Origin: Betaproteobacteria bacterium
GTDB lineage: Bacteria; Pseudomonadota; Gammaproteobacteria; Burkholderiales; CAIKXV01
NCBI GenBank assembly: GCA_947458265.1
Contig: CANGYF010000009.1
Coordinates: forward strand, 66,544 to 130,543
Reading direction: 5' to 3'
Length of the DNA stretch: 64,000 bases
Below, in pieces: positions 29,201 through 37,289 of this stretch; position 1 is the first letter of the stretch, and each line of letters starts with the position of its first letter. The notes below the pieces were generated by a model, which saw only the letters and a list, made by a program, of their open reading frames with translations, was not told the origin of the DNA and ran no database searches. The position numbers and the translations under genes are program-made.

Positions 29201-29998
29201 CACCCGGCCGCCGCGCTCGAACACCCGGAACACGTCGCCCGGGGGCATCGTCTCCCAGGCCGGCAGCGGAAACAGCTGCGCGAGCACGCCCTTGGCGAGG
29301 AGGAAGGCATCGGGCTTGACCGGGTTGACAATGGTCGCGCCGATGCCGTCGCGGGTATAGGCCTCGCCGAACAAGCCGCGCTTGAACGCGAACTCCGGCG
29401 GCAGGACGCCGTTGTTGTAGGCCGCACCATTCCACAGCATCGCGCCAGTGGCCATCAGGCTGCGCTCGGCCGCCTGGATGATCGGCAGGTGGCAGGCACC
29501 GCAGGCTTCGCGCGCGACCCGGTAGTCCGACGGATTGGTGAAGCGGATGAACTCGGGGCTCTCGCGGTTGAGCAGGGTGTAGCTGCGCTCGGGCGTGGCC
29601 GAGGACGGGTAGTTCCACTCGTTCGCAAAGCGCGGCATCACGTGAGCGCGATCGAGCGCTGCACGGTAGTCGCGCATCCGGTCACCCCGGTAGTCCGAAC
29701 CTGTCGGCCGCTGCACCATCGCATCCCCGCCGTGGCAGTCGGTGCAGCCAAGAGCCACCGCCGGATTGCGATGCATGGTCGCATGGTCGGTGGCGGTGTG
29801 GCAGGACACGCAGCCGGCGGACTTGGAATACGCCTCGGCATGGGACTGCTTCGCCGGCGCGGGCGGCGCGCCGGTGAACATGATGTCCGGAGGGCTCACC
29901 GTCGGACGCGCGGTGAGGCTGCCCGCAGCCTGCGAGGCGGTCACGCCGCCGGCCAGGGCCACCGCGATGCCGACCCACAGCAGCGCCAGGGCAGCCAT
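26207..29998 (-). CDS. Decahaem c-type cytochrome fused to a C-terminal LVIVD-repeat (beta-propeller-like) domain, ~1263 aa, secreted
   Basis: Start MAALALLWVGIAVALAGGVTASQAAG (signal) at 29998. Ten CxxCH motifs: CVSCH, CTDCH, CGACH, CASCH, CMVCH, CVDCH, CADCH, CQTCH, CSGCH, CTDCH. Six LVIVD-like repeats: GMVVYDV, GLIVVNV, GIAVVDL, GLVVLDV, GLVIVDV, GLKVVQL. Confidence 0.85.
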   Translation of the reverse strand: MAALALLWVGIAVALAGGVTASQAAGSLTARPTVSPPDIMFTGAPPAPAKQSHAEAYSKSAGCVSCHTATDHATMHRNPAVALGCTDCHGGDAMVQRPTGSDYRGDRMRDYRAALDRAHVMPRFANEWNYPSSATPERSYTLLNRESPEFIRFTNPSDYRVAREACGACHLPIIQAAERSLMATGAMLWNGAAYNNGVLPPEFAFKRGLFGEAYTRDGIGATIVNPVKPDAFLLAKGVLAQLFPLPAWETMPPGDVFRVFERGGRVIQSLFPEIGLPNVLGRLQTLDEPGRPDIRQSVRGPGTGQRIAVPLINITKTRLNDPFTWFLGSNDQPGDYRSSGCASCHVVYANDREPRHSGPYAQHGHSGTSVSADPTIPRDRSGHPLRHEFTRAIPSSQCMVCHMHQPNVFVNSFFGYTMWDYEADAPFMWPEKQRHPSHTERRRILDRNPEGAAVLGNWGSLEFLKRVWDLNPKLKDTQFADYHGHGWNFRAVFKRDRRGNLLDKDGRIVADDDPKKFSKSVHMSSIHLDVGMHCVDCHFSQDAHGNGHIYGEVAAAIEIECADCHGTADRYPTLFTSGPAARPGGNNLSLMRVPDGRARFEWRGGRLYQRSTLTPGLEWEMSLVRDTVTPGHRNYNEKAARSKLTARGAFDSYRQSWGPGVPAQERAHGDDKMACQTCHTSWTTSCSGCHLPIEANWKTDRLHYEGGATRNYATYNPQVVRDDVFQLGRHGPVKQGKIVPIRSSSALLLSSTNSNRERIYIQQPPVSSAGFSSQAFAPHYAHTERKTETKTCTDCHLSAANDNNAIMAQLLLHGTGFVNFVGFNAWVGSERHVEAVQVTEWEEPQAVIGSYLHRYAYPDWFAAHDNRGRRLREAHDQRTRGRVECLQMRGEYLYAAEGPGGMVVYDVASIANKGFSQRIVSAPFSPLGQDTRVRSAEATCVALPTNQPVAPFKNQGDLMRRVNQEQPFHPIYHYAFISDAREGLIVVNVDTLQDGEPRNNFLRRALTWDAGGALRGARHITMGGHYAYVAVERGIAVVDLDDPLKPQLVTVVPVEGARAATLQFRYLFVAARDGLVVLDVTDVKRPRRVEGATVPMAEANRVYVARTYAYVAAGREGLVIVDVENPEQPRVVQRFTAGGVLNDARDVVVGSTNASLFAYVADGRNGLKVVQLTAPDTQPKFYGFSPEPRPQLIAWRPTRSPALALSRGLERDRAVDETGGQVAVFGRIGSRPLDLAEQRRLYLRPEGDPWRVRDQVDRTLFRR

Positions 29999-30077
29999 AC
30001 GCGATGCAAGCCCGGCAGGCCGGGCACCTGGCCTCTGGTTCACCGCTGCAGGGACGTGATTGGGCACCGTGGCGGCC

Positions 30078-32819
30078 TCAATAGGTGAGGATAAGGTTGG
30101 CGATGGCCGAGTACTGCCGGCTGTCGAGCGCATTGCCGTAGAGCTCGCGCAGGCCAGCCCCAGGGAACAGAACCGCGAGCGAGACGTTGATCACCACGTT
30201 CTGGATGAACAGCGGCCGGTACTGCACCGCCACCGATGCATCGTGGCCGATCATATTCGAATGCAGGCGCTGGTTACGCAGCGTCGCCAGCGACGACAGG
30301 TTGTCGAAAGCGAGCCGGTTGAGGTTGCCGATCAGCCGCACCTGCGGCGTGAGGTCCACGTCGGCACCGATGCCGATCAGGCGCAGCCCGGGGTTGGTGA
30401 AGTTCGCCTGGCCGTGCTCGCGCGAGGTGCGCAACGAAGCAAGCAGGCCGTTGCGCATCGACAGCGTGGTACCGCCCCCGCCCACCAGCGGCACCGCCTG
30501 GCGGATCCAGTAGCTGGTATCGGCGCCGGCGAACAGCGGGTTCTCCAGCACCGCGTCGAAGCCCTGCGCCTTCGCATCGAAAGGGTTGCGGTCGCCGGAG
30601 GCGTAGAGCGCGCTGGTGCGCAGCCGGATCCAGGAGAAGTCGCGCGAGACTTCGGCCGCGCCGAACCGTGCTTCGACCCGCTCGGGCTGGCCTGAGAGCT
30701 GGCCGCGGCTCACGTTACCGCTCGCCAGGTAGCCCGACAGGGACAGGTTCCAGCGGTTGTAGTGGCCGTCAGCGTTGAGGCCCAGCCAGGTAACGTCGTA
30801 GTCGTAGGGCCGACCCGAGCCGAACACCGCCGGCCGCTCGAGGAAGCCGTTGCCGTTGAAGAAGCGCGGGTTCGATCCCTCGCGGTTGCTGTTGCGCAGG
30901 ATGGTCCCCTGGGTGGTCACCCCAAGCACCGGGAAGTCCTGCCGGTAAAGATTGAACACGAACACGTCATCGTCGCGGGGGCGCTGCAGGATGTCGTTCA
31001 ACCCGCTGTTGGTGTCTTTCTCGAAGCGGCGGAACCACGCGAGGTTGTACTGGTACTGGTTATTGTCGCGGGTGCCGAACAGGCGAACCCCGAACGGCTG
31101 GTCGACGAACAGGAAACCGCGGAAATCGGAGGTGAACGGCTGCACGCCGACGCGCAGGCTGTCGAAGTCGTAGCGCTCGGACACGTCGCGCAGGTGCTTG
31201 TCGAAGAACAACTCCTGGAAGCCGACAAAGCCGTCGTTGCGGTTCGGACCGCTCACCGGGTCGATGTTGGTCAGCCGCACCTCTTCGGTCATCGTGCGGT
31301 TGAAGTTGACCACCGGCACGATCCGGTACTCGTAGTCGGGCGGCCGGAACACGGTGTTGCCCTTGATCAGGCCAAAGTTGAGGATGAGGGTCTGCGCGAA
31401 GGTCGCCTGGCGGCCGTTGCCAAACGAGCCCAGCGCACCGGGGCGCAGGGCGGACTGCGACCCGACCGGCACAGGCAGGCTGCGCGACTCGTAGAGCGAG
31501 TCCGAGATCGCGCTCACGTTGACGAACCACTCTGGCCCGAGCAGGTCCTCGAACACCGGCAGGTCGCCGCGCAGAGGGTTCGGGTTGTACGGATCCCATC
31601 GGTTGTACGGCAGCACGCCCAGTGCCTGCACGATGCGCCAGCGATCACGCACCGGGATCGAATCGCGCGGCGCCGACGGCGCGGGGCGGGCAGCCTGCGT
31701 CGGGTCGATCAGTGCGCGCCGCGGTTCGAGCGCACCGGCACCACCAGTCGGGCGACGCCGCTCGAGCGCGAGCGCCACTGGCGGGAGGTCTGGGCCACCC
31801 TGCGCCGGCGCGACACCGGGGCGCAGTGCCTCAGCCAGCCCGGCGGCGGACGCCGCGTCCGGGGCGGCTGGCTCGAGCGGCCCTCCGAGGTCGACCGGCT
31901 CCAGCGCCTGCCCGCTGCGCCGGCGGTCCACCGCCAGAACGTCCGCAGCGCCCTCGCGCCGCTGCCGTACCCAGGCCTGGTCGCCGTTGGCCCGCTGCAC
32001 GCGATACCAGTCGCCGAGGCGGCGGTCAGCCACCAGCAGCACGCCGATCTCCACCTGCGCCACGACCTCGGCGTCATCGGCCGCACGCGCCTGAAGTGCG
32101 AGCAGCGGCACCATCACCTGCAGCAGGAACGGCGCATCCTCGGGCGCTGGCAACGGTGCCGCCGGCACCGGGGCCGCTGCCGCGGCCACCGCCGAGGTCA
32201 CCCCCAGCGCGCGCGCATCCACCCAGCCGCGGCTGCGCGTCGCCGCCTTGCCTTGGCGCTCGACCTGCACCCAACTGCCTTCGCGCTGCGACGCCTGCAG
32301 CGGCTCGCCCACGACCAACCGGTCCAGTACACGGAAGCGCTCGCCGGCACCGGCGCGCAGGAGCGCCGGCTGCATCGCCTGCACCTCGACAGCCACCGCG
32401 CCAGGCAGCTCCGGGGGCAGCGCGACCAGCGCCGCCTCGCCGGTAGCGGGCGGGCCCGCCGCCGGAGCCTTTGCCCGGAGGCTACCGGGCGCAGGCCCTG
32501 AAGGCGTGGCTGCCACCCGCAAGCCGTCGGCAAACACCCAGCCCTGGGTGGCGCGACCGTCCTGCAGCCGTACCTGTGCCCAGCGGCCCTGCCGCTGCAT
32601 CACCACCGCCGGCACACCAGGCGCCCAGCCCGCGGTCTCGGGAGCGTCCTCCGAAGGTCGCTCGCGCAGCGGGGTCGGGCGCTCCACCCGCACCCGCTCG
32701 CTGGTGCCAGCCGGCGGCTGCGGCTGCGGCTGCGTCCAGGCTGGCGGCGCAACGAGCACCGCCCCGGCCAACGCAGCCGCAGCGGCAAGGCGCACGTGCT
32801 CAGAGGCCGTCGCAGACAT
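30078..32819 (-). CDS. Outer-membrane protein: signal peptide, three SH3b-like repeats and a ~560-aa predicted beta-barrel
   Basis: Start MSATASEHVRLAAAAALAGAVLV at 32819 (alternative GTG at 32795). The SH3b-like segments end in GWVFADGLRV, GWVDARALGV and AWVRQRREG. The C-terminal half has alternating amphipathic segments and ends ...AIANLILTY (terminal aromatic residue). Confidence 0.6.
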   Translation of the reverse strand: MSATASEHVRLAAAAALAGAVLVAPPAWTQPQPQPPAGTSERVRVERPTPLRERPSEDAPETAGWAPGVPAVVMQRQGRWAQVRLQDGRATQGWVFADGLRVAATPSGPAPGSLRAKAPAAGPPATGEAALVALPPELPGAVAVEVQAMQPALLRAGAGERFRVLDRLVVGEPLQASQREGSWVQVERQGKAATRSRGWVDARALGVTSAVAAAAAPVPAAPLPAPEDAPFLLQVMVPLLALQARAADDAEVVAQVEIGVLLVADRRLGDWYRVQRANGDQAWVRQRREGAADVLAVDRRRSGQALEPVDLGGPLEPAAPDAASAAGLAEALRPGVAPAQGGPDLPPVALALERRRPTGGAGALEPRRALIDPTQAARPAPSAPRDSIPVRDRWRIVQALGVLPYNRWDPYNPNPLRGDLPVFEDLLGPEWFVNVSAISDSLYESRSLPVPVGSQSALRPGALGSFGNGRQATFAQTLILNFGLIKGNTVFRPPDYEYRIVPVVNFNRTMTEEVRLTNIDPVSGPNRNDGFVGFQELFFDKHLRDVSERYDFDSLRVGVQPFTSDFRGFLFVDQPFGVRLFGTRDNNQYQYNLAWFRRFEKDTNSGLNDILQRPRDDDVFVFNLYRQDFPVLGVTTQGTILRNSNREGSNPRFFNGNGFLERPAVFGSGRPYDYDVTWLGLNADGHYNRWNLSLSGYLASGNVSRGQLSGQPERVEARFGAAEVSRDFSWIRLRTSALYASGDRNPFDAKAQGFDAVLENPLFAGADTSYWIRQAVPLVGGGGTTLSMRNGLLASLRTSREHGQANFTNPGLRLIGIGADVDLTPQVRLIGNLNRLAFDNLSSLATLRNQRLHSNMIGHDASVAVQYRPLFIQNVVINVSLAVLFPGAGLRELYGNALDSRQYSAIANLILTY

Positions 32820-34695
32820 TGGTGGCACTGGTGTCGAGGAACGGGGCGACCGGACACTGCACGTAGCGCAGGCGGGTGCCGGCGGCGCCGGGGACGATGG
32901 TGTCGGCGCGGATGCCCGCTGGCGCATTACCGATGCCGGTGGCGAGCCGAGTGCCGGCATTGGCCACGCCGAGGAAGGCGATCATGTCGTCCTGGTCCAC
33001 GCCGTCGCCGGAAATGCCGATCGCGCCTACCAGCGCCGCGCCACGGTAGATGGGCACGCTGCCGGGGAAGATCTGGATGCCGTTCTGCGCGCGCGGCAGG
33101 CCGGTACAACCGACCACGGCCGAGCCAGTCGCCGCGGCGACGATGTTGTTGAAAGACAGGTCGAGCTGCAGGCCGACGGTGAACGGACTCCACTGCGCGA
33201 ACGGCTTCGACAGCGGGCCGCTGGCCGAGCCGTTGATCCCATCGGGGAAGAACGGGCGAGCCAGGTTGCCGACCGCGCGGTTGCTGTAGGCGACGCCGTC
33301 GGACAGCGCCGCCGGATTGGCAACGAAGGCTCGCAACTGCGTGACATACGCCCCGATCGGCGAGGCCGGGTTGGGCGCGAGATAGGCGGCATCGGGCAGC
33401 GCCGCAAGGTCGGTCGCGGTGTTCGGATGCGAGAACAGCAGCGCGGTGCGCGCCTTCTGCAGCGACACATCGGTGCCGAATACCGGTGCATCGGCGGTGC
33501 GTACCAGCCCGAGCACCTCGCCGGCGGTGTCCACGATCGAGATCGTCACCTGCGCCGGCGAGCCGAGCGGGCGGCGGATCTGTGCGCGGGTGCGGTTGGC
33601 CACCCTTAGCGCCTCGGCAAGCAGCGCGACCACCTCCGCCTGGGCGAGCAGCCCGTCGGTGCCGGCACGCGGCGCGAAGCGATTGGCGTTGGCGCCGTCG
33701 ACCAGCACATAGGCACCCAGCGCCGCCAGCTCGGGCTGCGTGTCGGGCCGGTAGCCAGAGGCCGGCGTGCCGTAGGCCTCGCCGGCCACGAGCGCGGCGG
33801 CGGCGTAGCCGGCCACCGCCACCAGCGTGCCGGCGGTGCCGTTGATGCTGGCGAAGGCAGGCGCGGCGGCGGGGTTGGACAACAGCGCCTCGGAGTCGAC
33901 GAAGCGCAGGGTGCGCCCGTCAGCGGTGATCCGGTCGGCGCGCCGGTCAGCCGGCGCGGCGAAGCCGCTCGACCCAGCCACCGCGATCAGCTCGTCCAGG
34001 GCGGCGTCGACGTCATTGATGTCGAGGTCGATGCCGTAGGTGCCATCGGCGATCACGCCGATGCCACCGACCACCGTACCGTTCTTGTACAGCGGCAGGC
34101 CGCCGGGATCGGCGGCAAGCCCGAGCGGCGAGCGCTTGGGGCCGATGCTGCCGTCGGCCTGCCGGCGCATCAGGTCGGAGCAGGACAGCTGCGAGAACTG
34201 CACGCCGAACAGCGGGCCGCCCGGCTGGCCGGTCTCGCCCGGGTTGAAGTTCTGCTGCACGATCTGGCCGGCGGTGCGGGTGGTGAACGCATTGCCCTCG
34301 GATGACAGGTAGGCGCCGGTGAGTGCCTTGCTGATCGCAGCGAAGGTCGCCGGCAGCACGTTCACGCCTTCCAGCCCGCCGGAGACGCCACGCCCGCCGG
34401 AGATGTTGAACGTGGCGGCCGCGCCGCCCATGCTGAACACTGCCAGCACGTTGCCCACGCGGTCGACCACGGCGATGGTGGCGCTGGCGCCGCGCGCCTG
34501 CGCCTCGGCCACCGCCTGGCTCAGGATGCGCCCGACCTCGGCAGTGCTCAATGCGGTGGGCGTGGCGAAGCAGCCGCCCGTGCAGCCGCCGGAGGCACCC
34601 GGCGTGCCGCCGTCACCACCGCCACCGCCGCCACAGCCGGCGAGCAGGACAAACAGCAGCACAGACAGCATCCGACGTAGACCGGTCGCACTCAT
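32800..34695 (-). CDS. Lipoprotein with two tandem GlcG/HbpS-like (DUF336, haem-binding/'haem-degrading') domains
   Basis: Start MSATGLRRMLSVLLFVLLAGCGGGGGG (lipobox LAGC) at 34695 in an ATGA overlap with the upstream stop. Domain 1: ATIAVVDRVGNVLAVFSM...GGLPLYKNGTVVGGIGV. Domain 2: ISIVDTAGEVLGLVRT...SLQKARTALLFS...VPIYRGAALVGAIGISGDGVDQDD. Confidence 0.7.
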   Translation of the reverse strand: MSATGLRRMLSVLLFVLLAGCGGGGGGDGGTPGASGGCTGGCFATPTALSTAEVGRILSQAVAEAQARGASATIAVVDRVGNVLAVFSMGGAAATFNISGGRGVSGGLEGVNVLPATFAAISKALTGAYLSSEGNAFTTRTAGQIVQQNFNPGETGQPGGPLFGVQFSQLSCSDLMRRQADGSIGPKRSPLGLAADPGGLPLYKNGTVVGGIGVIADGTYGIDLDINDVDAALDELIAVAGSSGFAAPADRRADRITADGRTLRFVDSEALLSNPAAAPAFASINGTAGTLVAVAGYAAAALVAGEAYGTPASGYRPDTQPELAALGAYVLVDGANANRFAPRAGTDGLLAQAEVVALLAEALRVANRTRAQIRRPLGSPAQVTISIVDTAGEVLGLVRTADAPVFGTDVSLQKARTALLFSHPNTATDLAALPDAAYLAPNPASPIGAYVTQLRAFVANPAALSDGVAYSNRAVGNLARPFFPDGINGSASGPLSKPFAQWSPFTVGLQLDLSFNNIVAAATGSAVVGCTGLPRAQNGIQIFPGSVPIYRGAALVGAIGISGDGVDQDDMIAFLGVANAGTRLATGIGNAPAGIRADTIVPGAAGTRLRYVQCPVAPFLDTSATNVCDGL

Positions 34696-36428
34696 CGGTG
34701 AACTCCCTTCGCGCGCAGCGCCGCCAGCACCTCTGCCGCCGCGCTCTCGCGGGTGCCGTGGAAACCGTGGCACAGCGCGCACTCGGACCGTACCTTGCCC
34801 TTCTCCGCACGCGCGCCCACATGGCACTCGCGGCATTCGCGCACGCCAGGCATCGCCACATCGGCGGCACTGCGCGAGCGCTCGACCTGGTGGCAGTCCC
34901 CGCACTTGGCCGTCGCATGGCTCGCATGCGTGAAGCTTGAGTACGGCATCCACGCCTGCGTGACCCGCACAGGCGCGACGTCCCAGCGCGTGGGCCCGCC
35001 AGCCGGATCGCGCGCGCGCAGCACCTCGTGGCATGTGGAACACACCGCGCGCGTCTCGAACAGCTCGCGCAGCGCCAGCTCGGCGCGGCGGTCGGCCGAG
35101 CCAAGCGACGCAGAACGCTCCAGCGGCGTGGAGTCGGCGCCCGGCCGGGCGCGCGCCGTCGCACGTTCCTCGGTCAGCGTGCCGGCGTAGAGGTGGCGCG
35201 CGTAGTAGTCGCGCAGCATCGGCAGCATCGCCTCGACCCTGCCGTGCGGCACCTGCCGCGTCGCCCCCGGCTCGAAGGTGAGGGCGTGGCAGGACTGGCA
35301 GTGTCGCTCCATGGTGACCGGCGCGAAGCGCCGCCCGTCGCGTTCCGGTTCGTGACAGCTCGCGCACTCGAGGACCTCGCGCCGCTGCGGCCCGCGGATG
35401 CCTTTCGCATCAAGGTGGATCTCGTGGTTGAACTTCAGGTTGGAGCGCTCGCGCGGCGGCGGGACGTCATTCAGGCGCACGCGGCGCACCTGCGGCGGCT
35501 CGCCCGGGTCGAGCAGCGACAGCCGGAACTCCGGATGGTCGCGCGCGAAGTCGACCACCTTGCCCGACTGTGCCTGCCCGGCCGTGCGGCGGATATCGCG
35601 ATGGCAGTCGGCACAGAACGCCTGCGAGAACGGCTGCGCCTGCGGGCCCTTGTGGTCGCGATGGCACTCGGCGCAGCGGGTCGCAGCGAAGCGCTCTCCA
35701 TCCGGGCCGGTGAGTTCAGGGTGCGGCACGTGGTCGCGGATGCCCTTGTGGCACTCGAGGCAGGCGCGGTCACGCACCTGTACGAACGGCAACTCGTGGC
35801 AGGCGCGGCACTCGAAGGCCGCGGCCTGGTGCGCGTTCATGAGCGGGCCCGGGTCCCATGACTGCTGCATGCGATCCGCCCCCTCCCGCAAGCGCTGCGC
35901 GTCGGCGGCCGAGGGCGTACCGACCCAGGCCGCCGCGATCCCGCCGGGGCCGAACAGGTCGGGCGCGGCAGGCAGCAGCAGGAACGGCACCAGGATGCCG
36001 AAGAACATCAGGTAGGACAGCGTCCGGCGCCACGATCTCGCCGGCGGCAGCAGCACCTGCTGCGCCTCGCGGCCAGCGTCGGCGGCCAGCCGCGACGAGG
36101 GCTCGATACGCAGCGCGAGCGCGGCGGCGTCGGGCGGCGGATCGACGGTGATGCGAAACGGCCCGATGTCGATACGGTCGCCGGGCACGATACGCTGCGC
36201 ATTGACCACCCGGCCGTTGACCTCGAGCTCGCCGGAGAGGCTGGCGATCGTCGCCTCGTCCCCCGATACCGTGATGCGCGCATGCTCGAGCAGCACGCGC
36301 GGATCGGGCAGGTGCACCTGGCAGCCGGTACCGCGCCCCACCAACAGCACCGCCCCGGCGACACGGCGCGCGACACGCACCGGCTGGCCGTGTCGTCCGG
36401 GGGTGACGTAGGTGAGCTGGGTCTCCAT
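34692..36428 (-). CDS. FHA-like domain, single TM helix and periplasmic decahaem cytochrome c
   Basis: The N-terminus LLVGRGTGCQVHLPDPRVLLEHARITV...LEVNGRVV...GDRIDIGPFRITV is FHA-like. TM helix: LSYLMFFGILVPFLLLPAAP. Ten CxxCH motifs: CRACH, CLECH, CAECH, CADCH, CASCH, CQSCH, CSTCH, CGDCH, CRECH, CALCH. Confidence 0.8.
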   Translation of the reverse strand: METQLTYVTPGRHGQPVRVARRVAGAVLLVGRGTGCQVHLPDPRVLLEHARITVSGDEATIASLSGELEVNGRVVNAQRIVPGDRIDIGPFRITVDPPPDAAALALRIEPSSRLAADAGREAQQVLLPPARSWRRTLSYLMFFGILVPFLLLPAAPDLFGPGGIAAAWVGTPSAADAQRLREGADRMQQSWDPGPLMNAHQAAAFECRACHELPFVQVRDRACLECHKGIRDHVPHPELTGPDGERFAATRCAECHRDHKGPQAQPFSQAFCADCHRDIRRTAGQAQSGKVVDFARDHPEFRLSLLDPGEPPQVRRVRLNDVPPPRERSNLKFNHEIHLDAKGIRGPQRREVLECASCHEPERDGRRFAPVTMERHCQSCHALTFEPGATRQVPHGRVEAMLPMLRDYYARHLYAGTLTEERATARARPGADSTPLERSASLGSADRRAELALRELFETRAVCSTCHEVLRARDPAGGPTRWDVAPVRVTQAWMPYSSFTHASHATAKCGDCHQVERSRSAADVAMPGVRECRECHVGARAEKGKVRSECALCHGFHGTRESAAAEVLAALRAKGVHR

Positions 36429-36434
36429 CGCCGG

Positions 36435-37289
36435 CTACCAGAAGTAGAACACCGACACCACGTGCGCAATCAGCGCAGCGATGGCACCGAAGGACAGCGG
36501 CACGTGCAACAACAGCCATACCCGCATCGCCGCGCGCAGCTGCAGGTCGCGGCGCGCGCGCGCCAGCAGTTCGCGCTTGCGCACCATCGCCGCGAGCAGC
36601 CGCTCGCCCAGTCGTACCTGCTCTGTCGAGAGCTTCGGCGCGAGTGCGGCGGGCAACCGGGTACAGGCCTCGCGCGTGGGGCAGCGCACGCGCTCGCCGC
36701 GCAGCTCGCGCAGCAGCCCGCCGCCCACGCGCGACTGGCGCGCCCGCATCACCAGCGCGTTGACCTCATCGGGCAGGTTCATCGCCAGCGCCTCGCACTC
36801 GCGGTCGATCTCGCCGACCTTCAGGACGAGCGTGTCGATGGTGTCGTCGCCGAGGTTGGCGGTCACCAGCGCCGGGTAACGCAGGTAGACGAGCACCCCG
36901 TACACGCCGCTCGCCGATACCGCCAGAACCAGTACCCAGGCGAGCGTATGTACGTTCCAGCCCAGTTCGAAGCCGGCGTGCAGGGTGGCAACCACCAGGA
37001 CGGCACCGCCGAGGTACACGTGAGCGGAGGTCCAGCCCTGCACGGTGCCGAGTCTGGAGCCGTAGCGACGCTTGCGGATGCCCAGCAGCATCAGCCACAG
37101 CATCAGCAGCGCGGCGATAGTGCCCAGCGTGTAGCCAAGCCAGGTGCCGCCGTAGTGCTTGGGGTAGCGCGGCGTCGGGTCGATCCAGAGATACGCGACC
37201 GTGGCAACCACGACCAGACACAGCGCCAGCTTCAGATAGCGGGCGCGCCGGTACTCGAGCAGCGACTGGTGGTGGCGCGAGGCGAGCAT
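36435..37289 (-). CDS. Integral membrane protein (5 predicted TM helices) with two H-x13-H helices; putative di-haem b-type transmembrane electron carrier
   Basis: TM3 is SAHVYLGGAVLVVATLHAGF and TM5 is LLLHVPLSFGAIAALIAHVV. Each has two His exactly 13 residues apart. ATG at 37289 is preferred; the longest ORF starts at 37361. The stop lies 6 nt before the FHA-cytochrome start. Confidence 0.6.
   Translation of the reverse strand: MLASRHHQSLLEYRRARYLKLALCLVVVATVAYLWIDPTPRYPKHYGGTWLGYTLGTIAALLMLWLMLLGIRKRRYGSRLGTVQGWTSAHVYLGGAVLVVATLHAGFELGWNVHTLAWVLVLAVSASGVYGVLVYLRYPALVTANLGDDTIDTLVLKVGEIDRECEALAMNLPDEVNALVMRARQSRVGGGLLRELRGERVRCPTREACTRLPAALAPKLSTEQVRLGERLLAAMVRKRELLARARRDLQLRAAMRVWLLLHVPLSFGAIAALIAHVVSVFYFW

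Noticed and set aside
26165-30088. 1307-aa plus-strand ORF mirroring the decahaem/LVIVD gene. Similar mirrors: 43374..47114 (minus, 1246 aa), 54024..56417 (plus, 797 aa) and 38728..41049 (plus, 773 aa).
   Set aside because: Each lies exactly opposite strongly supported genes (cytochrome, gspD/E, ribosomal proteins, gspK-M) and is low-complexity Arg/Pro/Ala-rich. The absence of stop codons is a by-product of high GC.
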